Assembly: GCA_003141675.1 (NCBI GenBank)
Contig: PLND01000034.1
Coordinates: 17,488-81,487 of the forward strand
Direction: 5' to 3'
Length of the DNA stretch: 64,000 nucleotides
Origin: Anaerolineae bacterium
GTDB lineage: Bacteria; Chloroflexota; Anaerolineae; Anaerolineales; RBG-16-64-43
The position numbers and the translations under genes were made by a program. The notes under the pieces were generated by a model. The model searched no databases, was not told where the DNA came from, and saw only the letters and a list, made by a program, of their open reading frames with translations. This document shows positions 53,689 through 62,333 of this stretch, piece by piece; the stretch's first letter is position 1, and each line of letters starts with the position of its first letter.

Positions 53689-53716
53689 ATTTTATCGGGA
53701 AATCGGGATTTGTCAA
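53689..53716 (-). promoter_or_regulatory. candidate promoter of tRNA-Leu
   Basis: On the minus strand: TTGACA (53716-53711), a 16-nt spacer, then TAAAAT (53694-53689). The -10 box ends 12 nt before the tRNA 5' end. Confidence 0.5.
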
Positions 53717-53831
53717 TTATTTGCGTATGGGCAAACCGAAAAAGAAGAGAAGTATCCCTTACAAATCTTATTGTTCAAATGCCTTAAGAAATGCAACCCT
53801 TAACTCGACCATTGTAGATTGCCGAAGGCAA

Positions 53832-55016
53832 TCATCCAACTTTTTTCCAAGCATAGGCTAGTGCCTCATCGGTGCTATCCAATACCTCCGCCCCGAGCGC
53901 CTGTAGCGCCGCGCGTTTTTCGCCGCCCGTTGCCACACCCAGGAACGACACGCGGATGTTCAAGCCCTTCCGGTTAAGAAGATCGACCGCGCTTTGAGTG
54001 GCAAGCACCCCGGTCGGCGAATCCTCGAAGACCACGATGTCGGCAGTTTCTTGCTTCCATGCATCCAACGGAGGAAGCAATTTCCCTTCCTCTACCAGCG
54101 CGCGCGCGGATTCCAGCCCGTCGCTCTCTTCCGCGCCCAGCGCCAGGGCGAGGGCGGCCAGGGAATGAGTCGGATTGGGCTTGAGGTAGGCGTCCGGTTG
54201 TTGTTCGTGCCGTTTGGCCAACCAGAGCATTTGCCCGGCGCCGACCAGCGGAAGTTCCTCCAACCCGATTACCTTTAGTGCGATCTCCGCTTCGGGAGGA
54301 AATTCCGTCGGATCGTCGACGGCGCCGCGCGGCCGGCAGGGGCGGGCGGTGATGATCGCAGAGCGGATCCGCTTCTGGCGGTGCATTGCCAGAATCTTTT
54401 CGCGAGCGGCGGTGGAAATCGCCGGCTGGTCCAATTCCGCCAGCAGGGAAGCGGTCTCGACGTCCGGGGGAACGTGGTACAGATCGGCGTACAACCGGCT
54501 GCCGAGCGTGTACTGCTGGAAGTAGCGCATCACCGGCGAGCGCGCAAACTCGCGCGGATGGCCCAGCAGAACATCCAGCAGCCCGTCGAATTCTCCCACC
54601 CGGTCGATGTCCACCTCCGCGTGTCCCGCTTCCTGCCGGAAGATTTTGGCGGCCGAAAGGGAAGGGGATTCGCCGCCCAACGCCCCGGTGCTCCGTGCCC
54701 ACTCGGCATATTCCGGCTCCGGGCGCTCGAGGCTCTCTTTTTGAAGCATGATCATAGCCCGGGAGAGGTCGGCGGGCAGGTTCAGATCCGGATTGGCGCG
54801 CCAGATTGCGAACGCATCGGCCGCGGCGCAGATCCCGGCGATATCCCATTCGCAGGTGATGCCCTGTGCCTCGAACGCTTCGATCGTAGATTCTTCCAGC
54901 GGCCTTTCCGGATTGCCCATCTGATGCGAGAAGTGCGCGACCGTCCGGCGCAGCGCCTTGCGGTACCCGCCCGGATGGATCAGCACCCCGTCCAAATCGA
55001 AAAGCCACAGGTTCAT
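53832..55016 (-). CDS. HAD-superfamily hydrolase with a large cap insertion
   Basis: ATG 55016 overlaps the hisIE stop (ATGA). HAD motif I FDLDGVL, a LKPNP-type motif III and FEDSPTG as motif IV. About 200 aa are inserted after motif I. Confidence 0.75.
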   Translation of the reverse strand: MNLWLFDLDGVLIHPGGYRKALRRTVAHFSHQMGNPERPLEESTIEAFEAQGITCEWDIAGICAAADAFAIWRANPDLNLPADLSRAMIMLQKESLERPEPEYAEWARSTGALGGESPSLSAAKIFRQEAGHAEVDIDRVGEFDGLLDVLLGHPREFARSPVMRYFQQYTLGSRLYADLYHVPPDVETASLLAELDQPAISTAAREKILAMHRQKRIRSAIITARPCRPRGAVDDPTEFPPEAEIALKVIGLEELPLVGAGQMLWLAKRHEQQPDAYLKPNPTHSLAALALALGAEESDGLESARALVEEGKLLPPLDAWKQETADIVVFEDSPTGVLATQSAVDLLNRKGLNIRVSFLGVATGGEKRAALQALGAEVLDSTDEALAYAWKKVG

Positions 55017-55618
55017 TTGTGCCGCCTCGAGAGCTCGGCTTCCACATCCGCCAGGCCCAACCCGCGCGCGGCAAGCAGAACCAGCGTGTGATAAATCAAG
55101 TCGGCGGCCTCGCATACGACCCGCTCATCGCTCTCTCCCAGCGCCGCGACGATCGTTTCGGTGGATTCCTCGCCAACCTTCTGGGAGATTTTTGGCAAGC
55201 CTTCGCGAAACAGGCCGCTGGTGTAGGATTCTTCTTTGGGATTCGATTTCCGGTCGTGAATCACTTCGTCCAGTGTGTGCAAAAAACCTGCGGAAGCATC
55301 CTGCGTTTGCCCCGCGACGTGCGTGTGGAAACATGAGCGCTCGCCGGTGTGACACGCCGGCCCGGCAGGGATCACATGCAGGAGGACCGCATCCGCGTCG
55401 CAATCCAATGCCACCTCCATGACCCGCATCGTATTACCGGAGGTTTCGCCCTTGCGCCAGAGTTTGTTGCGTTCACGGCTCCAGAAGTGCGCTTCCATCA
55501 TGCCGAGCGTTTTCTGCCAGGCCTCCGCGTTCATCCAGGCCAGCATCAGCACTTCGCCTGTGCGCGCATCCTGCGCGACGGCCGGGATCAGACCTTGATC
55601 GTTGTATTTGGGTTCCAT
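55013..55618 (-). CDS. hisI: bifunctional phosphoribosyl-AMP cyclohydrolase / phosphoribosyl-ATP pyrophosphatase
   Basis: 201 aa. HisI part: GLIPAVAQD, WSRERNKLWRKGETSGN, CHTGERSCF. HisE part: LDEVIHDRK, EAADLIYHTLVLL. Confidence 0.92.
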   Translation of the reverse strand: MEPKYNDQGLIPAVAQDARTGEVLMLAWMNAEAWQKTLGMMEAHFWSRERNKLWRKGETSGNTMRVMEVALDCDADAVLLHVIPAGPACHTGERSCFHTHVAGQTQDASAGFLHTLDEVIHDRKSNPKEESYTSGLFREGLPKISQKVGEESTETIVAALGESDERVVCEAADLIYHTLVLLAARGLGLADVEAELSRRHK

Positions 55619-55643
55619 GGGTTCTCCTCGACGGAACTCTCCG

Positions 55644-55718
55644 CTAACCCCCGTCCCCTTCCCCCTCTCCAGAATGGGGAGGGGGAAGGGGTGCAGGGGA
55701 TGGAGGAGAGGTTAGGTC
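55644..55718. repeat. G/C-tract inverted-repeat element (hisF|hisIE junction)
   Basis: CTAACCCCCG...CCCCTTCCCCCTC-loop-GAGGGGGAAGGGG...GGTTAGGTC. The core is a perfect 13-bp stem. The right terminus contains the hisF stop codon. Confidence 0.75.
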
Positions 55719-56488
55719 ATCCTAACTTTCACTCCCTTTTGATCCAGATACTTCTTCAACTCCGCCACGGTGGTGATCCCGTAATGCAGAAGCGATGCGA
55801 CCAGCGCGGCGTCGGCCTTGCCTGCGGTTAGGACCTGGTAAAGATGTTCGGCCTTTCCGCCGCCGCCGGAGGCGATTACCGGGATGCGCACCGCCTCGGC
55901 CATCTTGCGAGTCAGGTTGATTTCGTAGCCTTCCTGCGTCCCGTCGGCATCGATCGAATTCACAACCAGCTCGCCGGCGCCGAGTTCTTCGCCGCGTCTG
56001 GCCCAGGCTAGCGCGTCGATACCGGTGCGGTTGCGTCCGCCATGGGTGACGATCTCATATCCGGAAGGCGCGGCAACCGAATGTGGCACGGCCAGCACAT
56101 CCATCGAAAGCACGACGCACTGCGCGCCGAAGGCACGCGAGGCTTCGGCGATCAACTGTGGATTCTGAACCGCGGCGGTATTCACATTCACCTTCTCCGC
56201 GCCGGCCAAGAGCACCTTGGAGCAATCCTCGACCGTGCGCAATCCGCCTCCGACCGAAAACGGGATGAACACCTGAGCGGCGACGGCACTGACCACATCG
56301 AGGAGAATATCGCGATGATCGCTCGAGGCGGTGATGTCGTAGAAGACCAGCTCGTCGATCCCGGCTTCGTAGTAGCGGCGGGCGGTCTCGACCGGATCGC
56401 CGATGTCATGGGTGTCGACAAATTTAACACTCTTGGCGAGTTTCCCATCGCGCACGTCCAGGCAGGCGATGATTCTTTTACTGAGCAT
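55712..56488 (-). CDS. hisF: imidazole glycerol phosphate synthase, cyclase subunit
   Basis: 258 aa. Motifs: [43 protein letters not shown]. Confidence 0.95.
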   Translation of the reverse strand: MLSKRIIACLDVRDGKLAKSVKFVDTHDIGDPVETARRYYEAGIDELVFYDITASSDHRDILLDVVSAVAAQVFIPFSVGGGLRTVEDCSKVLLAGAEKVNVNTAAVQNPQLIAEASRAFGAQCVVLSMDVLAVPHSVAAPSGYEIVTHGGRNRTGIDALAWARRGEELGAGELVVNSIDADGTQEGYEINLTRKMAEAVRIPVIASGGGGKAEHLYQVLTAGKADAALVASLLHYGITTVAELKKYLDQKGVKVRMT

Positions 56489-57133
56489 TTATTCCGCCTT
56501 CTCTGTCCCGTTCCACCCGGCGAAGTTGGTCAGAATCCGCAACCCGGCGGGTCCGCTTTTTTCGGGATGGAACTGCACCGCGATCAGGTTCGCTGATCCG
56601 ATCACCGCCGGAAACGTGATCCCATATTCGCACTCGGCCAGGATGCGTGCCGGATCTTCCGGCAAAGGATAATAGGAATGGTCGAAGTAGAATTCATCTT
56701 CTGGGCCCATCCCTCGGAGCATCGGATGATCCCGCACAAGCCGGACGCGGTTCCAGCCGATATGCGGAATTTTCAGCGCGGGGTCGGAAAACGCAAACCG
56801 TTTGCATTCGCCGGGAAGAAGATCCACGCAGTCGGTGCCGCCCTCTTCAGACCGGGTCAGCACGATTTGCGCTCCCAGGCAGATCCCCAGGATGGGAATT
56901 CCGCGTGCGAACGCATCGCGCAGCGCCTGATCCAACCCGCGTTCACGCAAGGCTTTCATCGCACTCGCTGCCTGGCCCACGCCGGGAAAGATCACCTTCT
57001 CGGCGCGTCGGATTGAGTCCGAGTCCGCCGTGATGACGGATTCTACGCCGAGGAAATTCAGCGCGCGCTGAACCGAAGTGATATTGCCGGCTTTGTAATC
57101 GACGATGTGGATCATTCCATCCCTTTCATTCAC
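56489..57133 (-). CDS. hisH: imidazole glycerol phosphate synthase, glutamine amidotransferase subunit
   Basis: IVDYKAGNITSV, GICLGAQ, VQFHPEKS. ATG 57115 is an alternative start. Confidence 0.92.
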   Translation of the reverse strand: MNERDGMIHIVDYKAGNITSVQRALNFLGVESVITADSDSIRRAEKVIFPGVGQAASAMKALRERGLDQALRDAFARGIPILGICLGAQIVLTRSEEGGTDCVDLLPGECKRFAFSDPALKIPHIGWNRVRLVRDHPMLRGMGPEDEFYFDHSYYPLPEDPARILAECEYGITFPAVIGSANLIAVQFHPEKSGPAGLRILTNFAGWNGTEKAE

Positions 57134-57266
57134 CGGACCCTAAAAATGTCACTCCGAGCCCCGGTAAGGGCGGGGAGTCGCTTTCTTTTTTGCGGAACAC
57201 GCGTGGGGATAATTGCAATTATTCATCGGTTCGAGAAGTATATCCATACAGTTGGAGCACAACACA

Positions 57267-58004
57267 TCATGTATGAATCTTTCTCGCGCGTTCCAGCGCC
57301 TGCTTGAGCGTGAACATATCCTCGTAGAGCGCACGGCCGATGATGACGCCGGGCAGACCCGCCTTGGCGACGTTATCAACGTCGCGGAGCGAAGCCACGC
57401 CGCCGGAGGCGATCACCTGCAATCTGGTCTCGCGTGTCAGTTGGAGCGTGGCCGGTAGATTGATCCCTGTCGAAATGCCGTCCCGCTCGATGTCGGTGAA
57501 TACGCACCAGCGAATGCCCTGCGCGAACATCTTTTTCCCCAGGTCGATCGCATCCAATTTGGATCCCTGCTCCCAGCCGCGGATGAAGGCTTTTCCGGAA
57601 CGTACATCGATCCCGACGGCAACCCTGTCTTCGCCATACTTGCGCATAGCCACATCAATAAGCAAGGGATTTTCGATTGCGGCCGTCCCGATCACGACCC
57701 TGGTCACGCCTGTATCCAGAACTCGTTTAATCCCCTGAAAATCGCGCAAGCCACCACCGAATTGAACCTTCAAGCCGAGCTTGAGGATCTGTGACAGCGC
57801 AAGTTCGTTGGCAGCCGTGGCCTCACCGAATGCGCCATCAAGATTAATCACATGTAGCCAGATCGCGCCCTCGTTCTGCCAACGCTGGGCAATCTCCAAG
57901 GGATCGTCGCTGTAAACGGTCTGGCGATTGGGGTCGCCCTGCGCGAGCCGGACAACCTTGCCCCCGCGCAGGTCGATCGCAGGATAGATGGTGAATTCAG
58001 CCAT
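57267..58004 (-). CDS. hisA: 1-(5-phosphoribosyl)-5-[(5-phosphoribosylamino)methylideneamino]imidazole-4-carboxamide isomerase
   Basis: MAEFTIYPAIDLRGGKVVRL, GGGLRD, FTDIERDG, ASGGVAS. ATG 58004 is preferred. Confidence 0.92.
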   Translation of the reverse strand: MAEFTIYPAIDLRGGKVVRLAQGDPNRQTVYSDDPLEIAQRWQNEGAIWLHVINLDGAFGEATAANELALSQILKLGLKVQFGGGLRDFQGIKRVLDTGVTRVVIGTAAIENPLLIDVAMRKYGEDRVAVGIDVRSGKAFIRGWEQGSKLDAIDLGKKMFAQGIRWCVFTDIERDGISTGINLPATLQLTRETRLQVIASGGVASLRDVDNVAKAGLPGVIIGRALYEDMFTLKQALERARKIHT

Positions 58005-58082
58005 ACGTTTTAATATCCACAAAGGACACGAAGAGCACGAAGATTTCAATAATTTCCGTCACCCTTAGTATCCTTCGTGGAT

Positions 58083-58670
58083 TTAAATTACTCCCTTCGT
58101 CGAAGGTATCCCGACGGGGCGGCGCGGATCGATCTGCGATGCCCGATCGAGCGCGCGGGCGAATGCTTTGAACATCGCCTCCGCCTGGTGATGGTCATCG
58201 CCGCGTTCCAGAAGACGCACATGCACGGTTGCCTTGGCGGTAGAGGCGAAACTGCGGAGGAAATGTTCCACGAGCGTTACGGGCAATTCGCCGATTGCGG
58301 TCAGCGCCCACTCCGCGCGCACTAGGCAGTGCGGCCGTCCGGAAAGATCGACGGCCGCAAGAGCGAGCGCTTCGTCCATCGGCACCACGGCATACCCGAT
58401 CCGCACGATCCCGCGTTTATCACCCAGCGCCCGGTCGAAGGCCTCGCCGAGCGCGAGCGCGGTATCCTCCACCGTGTGGTGCAGGTCCACATGAACGTCG
58501 CCCTTGGCTTGCACGTTCAAATCGAACATCCCGTGCACCGCGATGTGTTCCAGCATGTGGTCGAGGAACCCAATTCCGGTTTGAATCTCGTGCTTGCCGG
58601 TTCCATCGATGGTCAGTTCCACTCGGATTTCGGTTTCTTTGGTTTTGCGTTCGACGATTGCTTTGCGCAT
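58083..58670 (-). CDS. hisB: imidazoleglycerol-phosphate dehydratase (monofunctional)
   Basis: 195 aa. Motifs: RKTKETEI, GIGFLDHMLE, HHTVEDTALALG, GDDHHQAEA. Confidence 0.95.
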   Translation of the reverse strand: MRKAIVERKTKETEIRVELTIDGTGKHEIQTGIGFLDHMLEHIAVHGMFDLNVQAKGDVHVDLHHTVEDTALALGEAFDRALGDKRGIVRIGYAVVPMDEALALAAVDLSGRPHCLVRAEWALTAIGELPVTLVEHFLRSFASTAKATVHVRLLERGDDHHQAEAMFKAFARALDRASQIDPRRPVGIPSTKGVI

Positions 58671-58694
58671 GGGTAGCTCCTTGTTTAGTAACGC

Positions 58695-58782
58695 GACCTA
58701 ACCCTCTCACCCCTTTCCCTCTCTCCCTTCCCTTAAGGGAAGGGAGAGAGGGTGGCCGAAGGCCGGGAGTGAGGGTTAGGTC
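58695..58782. repeat. G/C-tract inverted-repeat element (hisDC|hisB junction)
   Basis: Termini GACCTAACCC...GGGTTAGGTC. The core CCCTCTCTCCCTTCCCTT/AAGGGAAGGGAGAGAGGG is a perfect palindrome. The right terminus contains the hisD-hisC stop codon. Confidence 0.8.
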
Positions 58783-61208
58783 ATCGTCTCCAATGCTTCC
58801 ATCAACGCGTCGGTATCCCGCGGGCGGCCGACCGAGATGCGCAGGCAATCGCGCAACCCTTGGCGGTCGAAATAGCGCACTAGAATCCCGCGCTTTTTAA
58901 GGTCGCTCTGCACCGCCCGCGCATCGCGGCCCGTCAGCCGGCACAGGAAAAAATTGGACCGGCTGGGATACACCTTCATCCACGGAAGGGTCTGCAGCCG
59001 AGCAAACATCCTTTCGCGTTCGGTGACGATCTTCCGAAAGGTTTTAGCCAACGCATCATAATCGTCCAGGGAAGCCATGGCCGCCTGGTAAGCCGCCGCA
59101 TTGACGTTGTAAGGCTGCTTCATCGTCATCATCCGGCCCATCAAGCATTGCGGGAAGACGCCATACCCGACGCGCAAACCCGCCAGCCCGGCCCATTTGC
59201 TGAAGGTGCGCAACACCGCCAGATTGTCGTATTCCAGCGTCCAGCGGATCCGGCTGCCGCCCGAGAATTCGATATAGGCTTCGTCCAGAACCATGAGCAC
59301 CGGCAAGGCCAGCAGCCGGCGAAGAGCCTCATCGGGCACGATGCTGCCGTCAGGATTGTTCGGCGAACACACAAAGATGATTTTCGCCCGCGGCTCGGCG
59401 CGCACCGCCGCTTCGATTCGCTCCACGTCGAGCGAGAAATCCGTTTTGCGTTCGACCCGCAGCATCCGGCCGCGATGCACGCCGGTGGAGAACGAATACA
59501 TCCCGAAGGTCGGCGGGCAGTCGATCACCGCGTCGCCCTCGGCAAGCACCGCGCTCATCACCACGTCGATCGGCTCATCCGCGCCGGCGCCGGTGAATAT
59601 CCGCTCCCAGGGAAGGTCGAGGAATTCCGCCAGACGTTTGCGCAGCAGCGTATTCTGCGGGTCCGGATAGATGCTGAAGTATTTTCCTTCGGCCACCTTT
59701 TCCAGCGCGCGCTTGGACATGCCGTACGGGTTTTCGTTCGCATCGAGCTTGACGATTTTCTTGGAAGATTTTCCGAACTGCGCGGCGAAAACCTCGTACG
59801 GGATCACCGCGGCGTAGGCTTCCGGTTCACCGCCCCGGGGGAGAAATCGCAATCGCTCACGATCCCCGGCCGCCGCCGGAGTGGAATGTACGCTGCGAAG
59901 GCGGGCGGCTTCGGCGTGCGAGTCCAACCCTTCGGCGCGGGCAATCGTTTCCGCGTGCGGGCTGATCGCCGCGGCCGTTTTTTCATCCAGCGCGATGAGG
60001 TTGGTGAGGCGCACGAAATCCAGCACGCTCAGCGGCGAGGCGAAGCGCGCCGTCCCGCCGGTCGGCATCACGTGGCTCGGCCCGGCGGTGTAATCGCCCA
60101 GGACTTCAAAGGAACGCTCCCCCAGGAATAATCCTCCCGCACTGCGGATGCGCCCTTTCCAAGCGTCCGGATCGGCAACTGAAAGGCACATGTGCTCGGG
60201 CGCGTATTCATCGGCGGCGCTCACGGCACTCTCGAGATCCGGCGTCAGGACGATTCCGCCCTGGCCCGAGAACGAGGCGGCGATGATCTCCGCCCTCGAG
60301 CGATTTTCGATTTGGCGGGCGACTTCCGCCTGAACCTTCTCCGCCAAGGCGCGCGAAGGTGTCAGCAGGATCGCGGTGGCGAGCCGGTCGTGCTCGGCTT
60401 GAGCCAGGAGATCTCCCGCCACCCAGGACGGGTTGGCGTTTTCGTCCGCGATCACCACCGTTTCGGTCGGCCCGGCCAGTCCGTCCAGTCCGACGATGCC
60501 GAACACCTGCTGCTTGGCCAGCGTGACGAAAATATTCCCGGCGCCTACGATTTTATCCACCCGCGGAATGCTCTGCGTGCCATATGCCAGCGCGCCGATC
60601 GCCTGCGCTCCGCCGATCCGGTAGAGCGCGCCGGCCTGGGCCAGATAAGCGCAGGCCAGTACGACATCCGGAACTGCGCCGGTTTCCCTGCCGGGCGGGG
60701 TGACCACGACCACTTCCTCGACGCCCGCCACATTGGCCGGGATGACCGACATCAGGAGCGATGACGGCAGAGGTGCGCTGCCACCCGGCACATAGACACC
60801 GACTCTTCGAAGCGCCGTGGCCTGTTGCCCGAGCACGCCGCCCAAATCGCGGGTTGTCCAATTAGGAATCGGCTGGCGCGTATGAAAGGCACGGATGCGT
60901 TCGGCGGCAAGGTTCAACGATTGCCGCAAGTCTGCCGGGATGCGTTCGTAGGCGGCTTGCCATTCGGCAGCCGGCACCAGCGGATCGTCGATCCTCCGAA
61001 GGTCGATTTTTTCCGTCCAGCGCGCGATCGCGTCGTCGCCATTTTCGCGCACGTCCGCCAGGATCCGCCGCACCGCCTCGGCGGGGGTCACTCCCTCGCC
61101 GAACACCAGCGCAAGGCTCTCCCGCAGCGCGGTGGGAATCTCTTCGCCCTGCGGTTTTCGTTTCAATATTGTCCGCCTGGCTTCCGCCAGGTCCATAATT
61201 TGGAGCAT
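58776..61208 (-). CDS. hisD: fused histidinol dehydrogenase / histidinol-phosphate aminotransferase (HisD-HisC)
   Basis: Single ORF of 810 aa from ATG 61208, with AAGGGAGGA upstream. The N-terminal half is HisD (VYVPGGSAPLPSS, GGAQAIGALAYGT, AQAEHD). The C-terminal half is HisC (KLDANENPYG, DEAYIEF, TFSKWAGLAGLRVGY). Confidence 0.9.
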   Translation of the reverse strand: MLQIMDLAEARRTILKRKPQGEEIPTALRESLALVFGEGVTPAEAVRRILADVRENGDDAIARWTEKIDLRRIDDPLVPAAEWQAAYERIPADLRQSLNLAAERIRAFHTRQPIPNWTTRDLGGVLGQQATALRRVGVYVPGGSAPLPSSLLMSVIPANVAGVEEVVVVTPPGRETGAVPDVVLACAYLAQAGALYRIGGAQAIGALAYGTQSIPRVDKIVGAGNIFVTLAKQQVFGIVGLDGLAGPTETVVIADENANPSWVAGDLLAQAEHDRLATAILLTPSRALAEKVQAEVARQIENRSRAEIIAASFSGQGGIVLTPDLESAVSAADEYAPEHMCLSVADPDAWKGRIRSAGGLFLGERSFEVLGDYTAGPSHVMPTGGTARFASPLSVLDFVRLTNLIALDEKTAAAISPHAETIARAEGLDSHAEAARLRSVHSTPAAAGDRERLRFLPRGGEPEAYAAVIPYEVFAAQFGKSSKKIVKLDANENPYGMSKRALEKVAEGKYFSIYPDPQNTLLRKRLAEFLDLPWERIFTGAGADEPIDVVMSAVLAEGDAVIDCPPTFGMYSFSTGVHRGRMLRVERKTDFSLDVERIEAAVRAEPRAKIIFVCSPNNPDGSIVPDEALRRLLALPVLMVLDEAYIEFSGGSRIRWTLEYDNLAVLRTFSKWAGLAGLRVGYGVFPQCLMGRMMTMKQPYNVNAAAYQAAMASLDDYDALAKTFRKIVTERERMFARLQTLPWMKVYPSRSNFFLCRLTGRDARAVQSDLKKRGILVRYFDRQGLRDCLRISVGRPRDTDALMEALETMT

Positions 61209-61227
61209 CCGTCCTCCCTTGCTTACC

Positions 61228-61313
61228 TGACCCCCTAACCCTTGCACCCCTTCTCCCCTCGAGGACTGGCCTTAAGGGAAGGGGGGAAGGGGATGGGGAT
61301 GAGGGGTTAGGTC
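61228..61313. repeat. G/C-tract inverted-repeat element (hisG|hisDC junction)
   Basis: Termini TGACCCCCTAACCC...GGGGTTAGGTC, with CCCCTTCTCCCCTC / GGGGGGAAGGGG-type arms. The right terminus contains the hisG stop codon. Confidence 0.7.
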
Positions 61314-62326
61314 TTTGCCAATTCCTTGCGCAACTGCATAAATCGCGCCGGTTCCTCTTCGAAGATATAGGTCACCGGAGAAACCACCACCCCGCTTCCG
61401 CCGATTCCGCGCAGTTCCTGCACGACCTGCATAATCTTCTCTTTGTGGACGACGATGTTGACGGCGAACCACTCCTGCCGCCCGGTCTCGCGGACGACTA
61501 CCTCGCCAATGGACGGGCCCTGCAATCCGCCCAGATCTGTCTGGCTGAAAATTTTGTCGGCGATTTCCCGCTGGGATTTGCCGCGTATGTTGGCAAACAC
61601 GAGATAGGCATCCTGGGCACGCAGATACGCCTCGATGTATTCCAGAAGCGTGTGCGCCGCCTCGAGCACATCCGGCCGCGTTTTCAGGGCCGTTCGATTG
61701 GCGATTAAGCATGCCTGCGAGCGGAGGATTTCGCCGTCCGCGAGCTGCCGCAAGTGGTTGTCGCGCAGTGTGGTGCCGGTAGAAACCAAGTCGCTGATCA
61801 TATCGGCGTAGCCGATCTCCGGCGCAACCTCGAGCGTGCCTTCCGAGGAAATCAATTCAAAAGGATCCATTTTCTTCGCCTGAAGAAACCGCCCCGTCAG
61901 GACCGGAAATTTGGTGGCAATCCGCAGCGGTTTGCCTTCTTGAGGCATCCCGACCGCTTTCCGCGCCAAATCAGCCGTGGTGCGCACGTCATCCCATGTT
62001 TCGGGCACGGCTAGAGCCAGCGTACATATCCCAAATCCGAGCGAGTCGTGGAGGAGACACACCTCGCCACCATCCCCTTTCTTCTCTTCGATGGTATCGG
62101 TCCCGGCGATCCCGAAATCCAAGGAACCCTGCCGGACCCCGACGACGATGTCGCCCGGCCGCTGAAAAAGCACGGCCAGCGAGGGAATGGCCGGGATGAC
62201 GGCCCGGTACTGCCGCGGGTTGGGTTTGGATACGTCCAGGCCGCACTCGGACAGGAATCCCAGCGACTCGCTTTCCAGCCTGCCCTTCGATGGCAGTGCA
62301 AGACGAATATCGGTTCTGTTTTTCAT
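61307..62326 (-). CDS. hisG: ATP phosphoribosyltransferase (long form with C-terminal regulatory domain)
   Basis: 339 aa. Motifs: IRLALPSKGRL, DFGIAGTD, DLVSTGTTLR, plus a C-terminal HisG_C-like segment. Confidence 0.9.
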   Translation of the reverse strand: MKNRTDIRLALPSKGRLESESLGFLSECGLDVSKPNPRQYRAVIPAIPSLAVLFQRPGDIVVGVRQGSLDFGIAGTDTIEEKKGDGGEVCLLHDSLGFGICTLALAVPETWDDVRTTADLARKAVGMPQEGKPLRIATKFPVLTGRFLQAKKMDPFELISSEGTLEVAPEIGYADMISDLVSTGTTLRDNHLRQLADGEILRSQACLIANRTALKTRPDVLEAAHTLLEYIEAYLRAQDAYLVFANIRGKSQREIADKIFSQTDLGGLQGPSIGEVVVRETGRQEWFAVNIVVHKEKIMQVVQELRGIGGSGVVVSPVTYIFEEEPARFMQLRKELAKT

Positions 62327-62333
62327 CGGTCCT

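Noticed and set aside
58295-58900. ORFs crossing the hisDC|hisB junction (58295..58900 +, 58420..58848 -), and similar ORFs over the other repeat elements (55349..55831, 61272..61712).
   Set aside because: They are translations of the G/C-tract palindromes (PLSLPLREGREG-type strings) and of out-of-frame his gene sequence, not genes.
55644-61313. Possibility that the recurring G/C-tract repeats form a CRISPR array.
   Set aside because: The copies are inverted repeats (hairpins) separated by whole genes. They are not short direct repeats with uniform spacers, and there are no cas genes.
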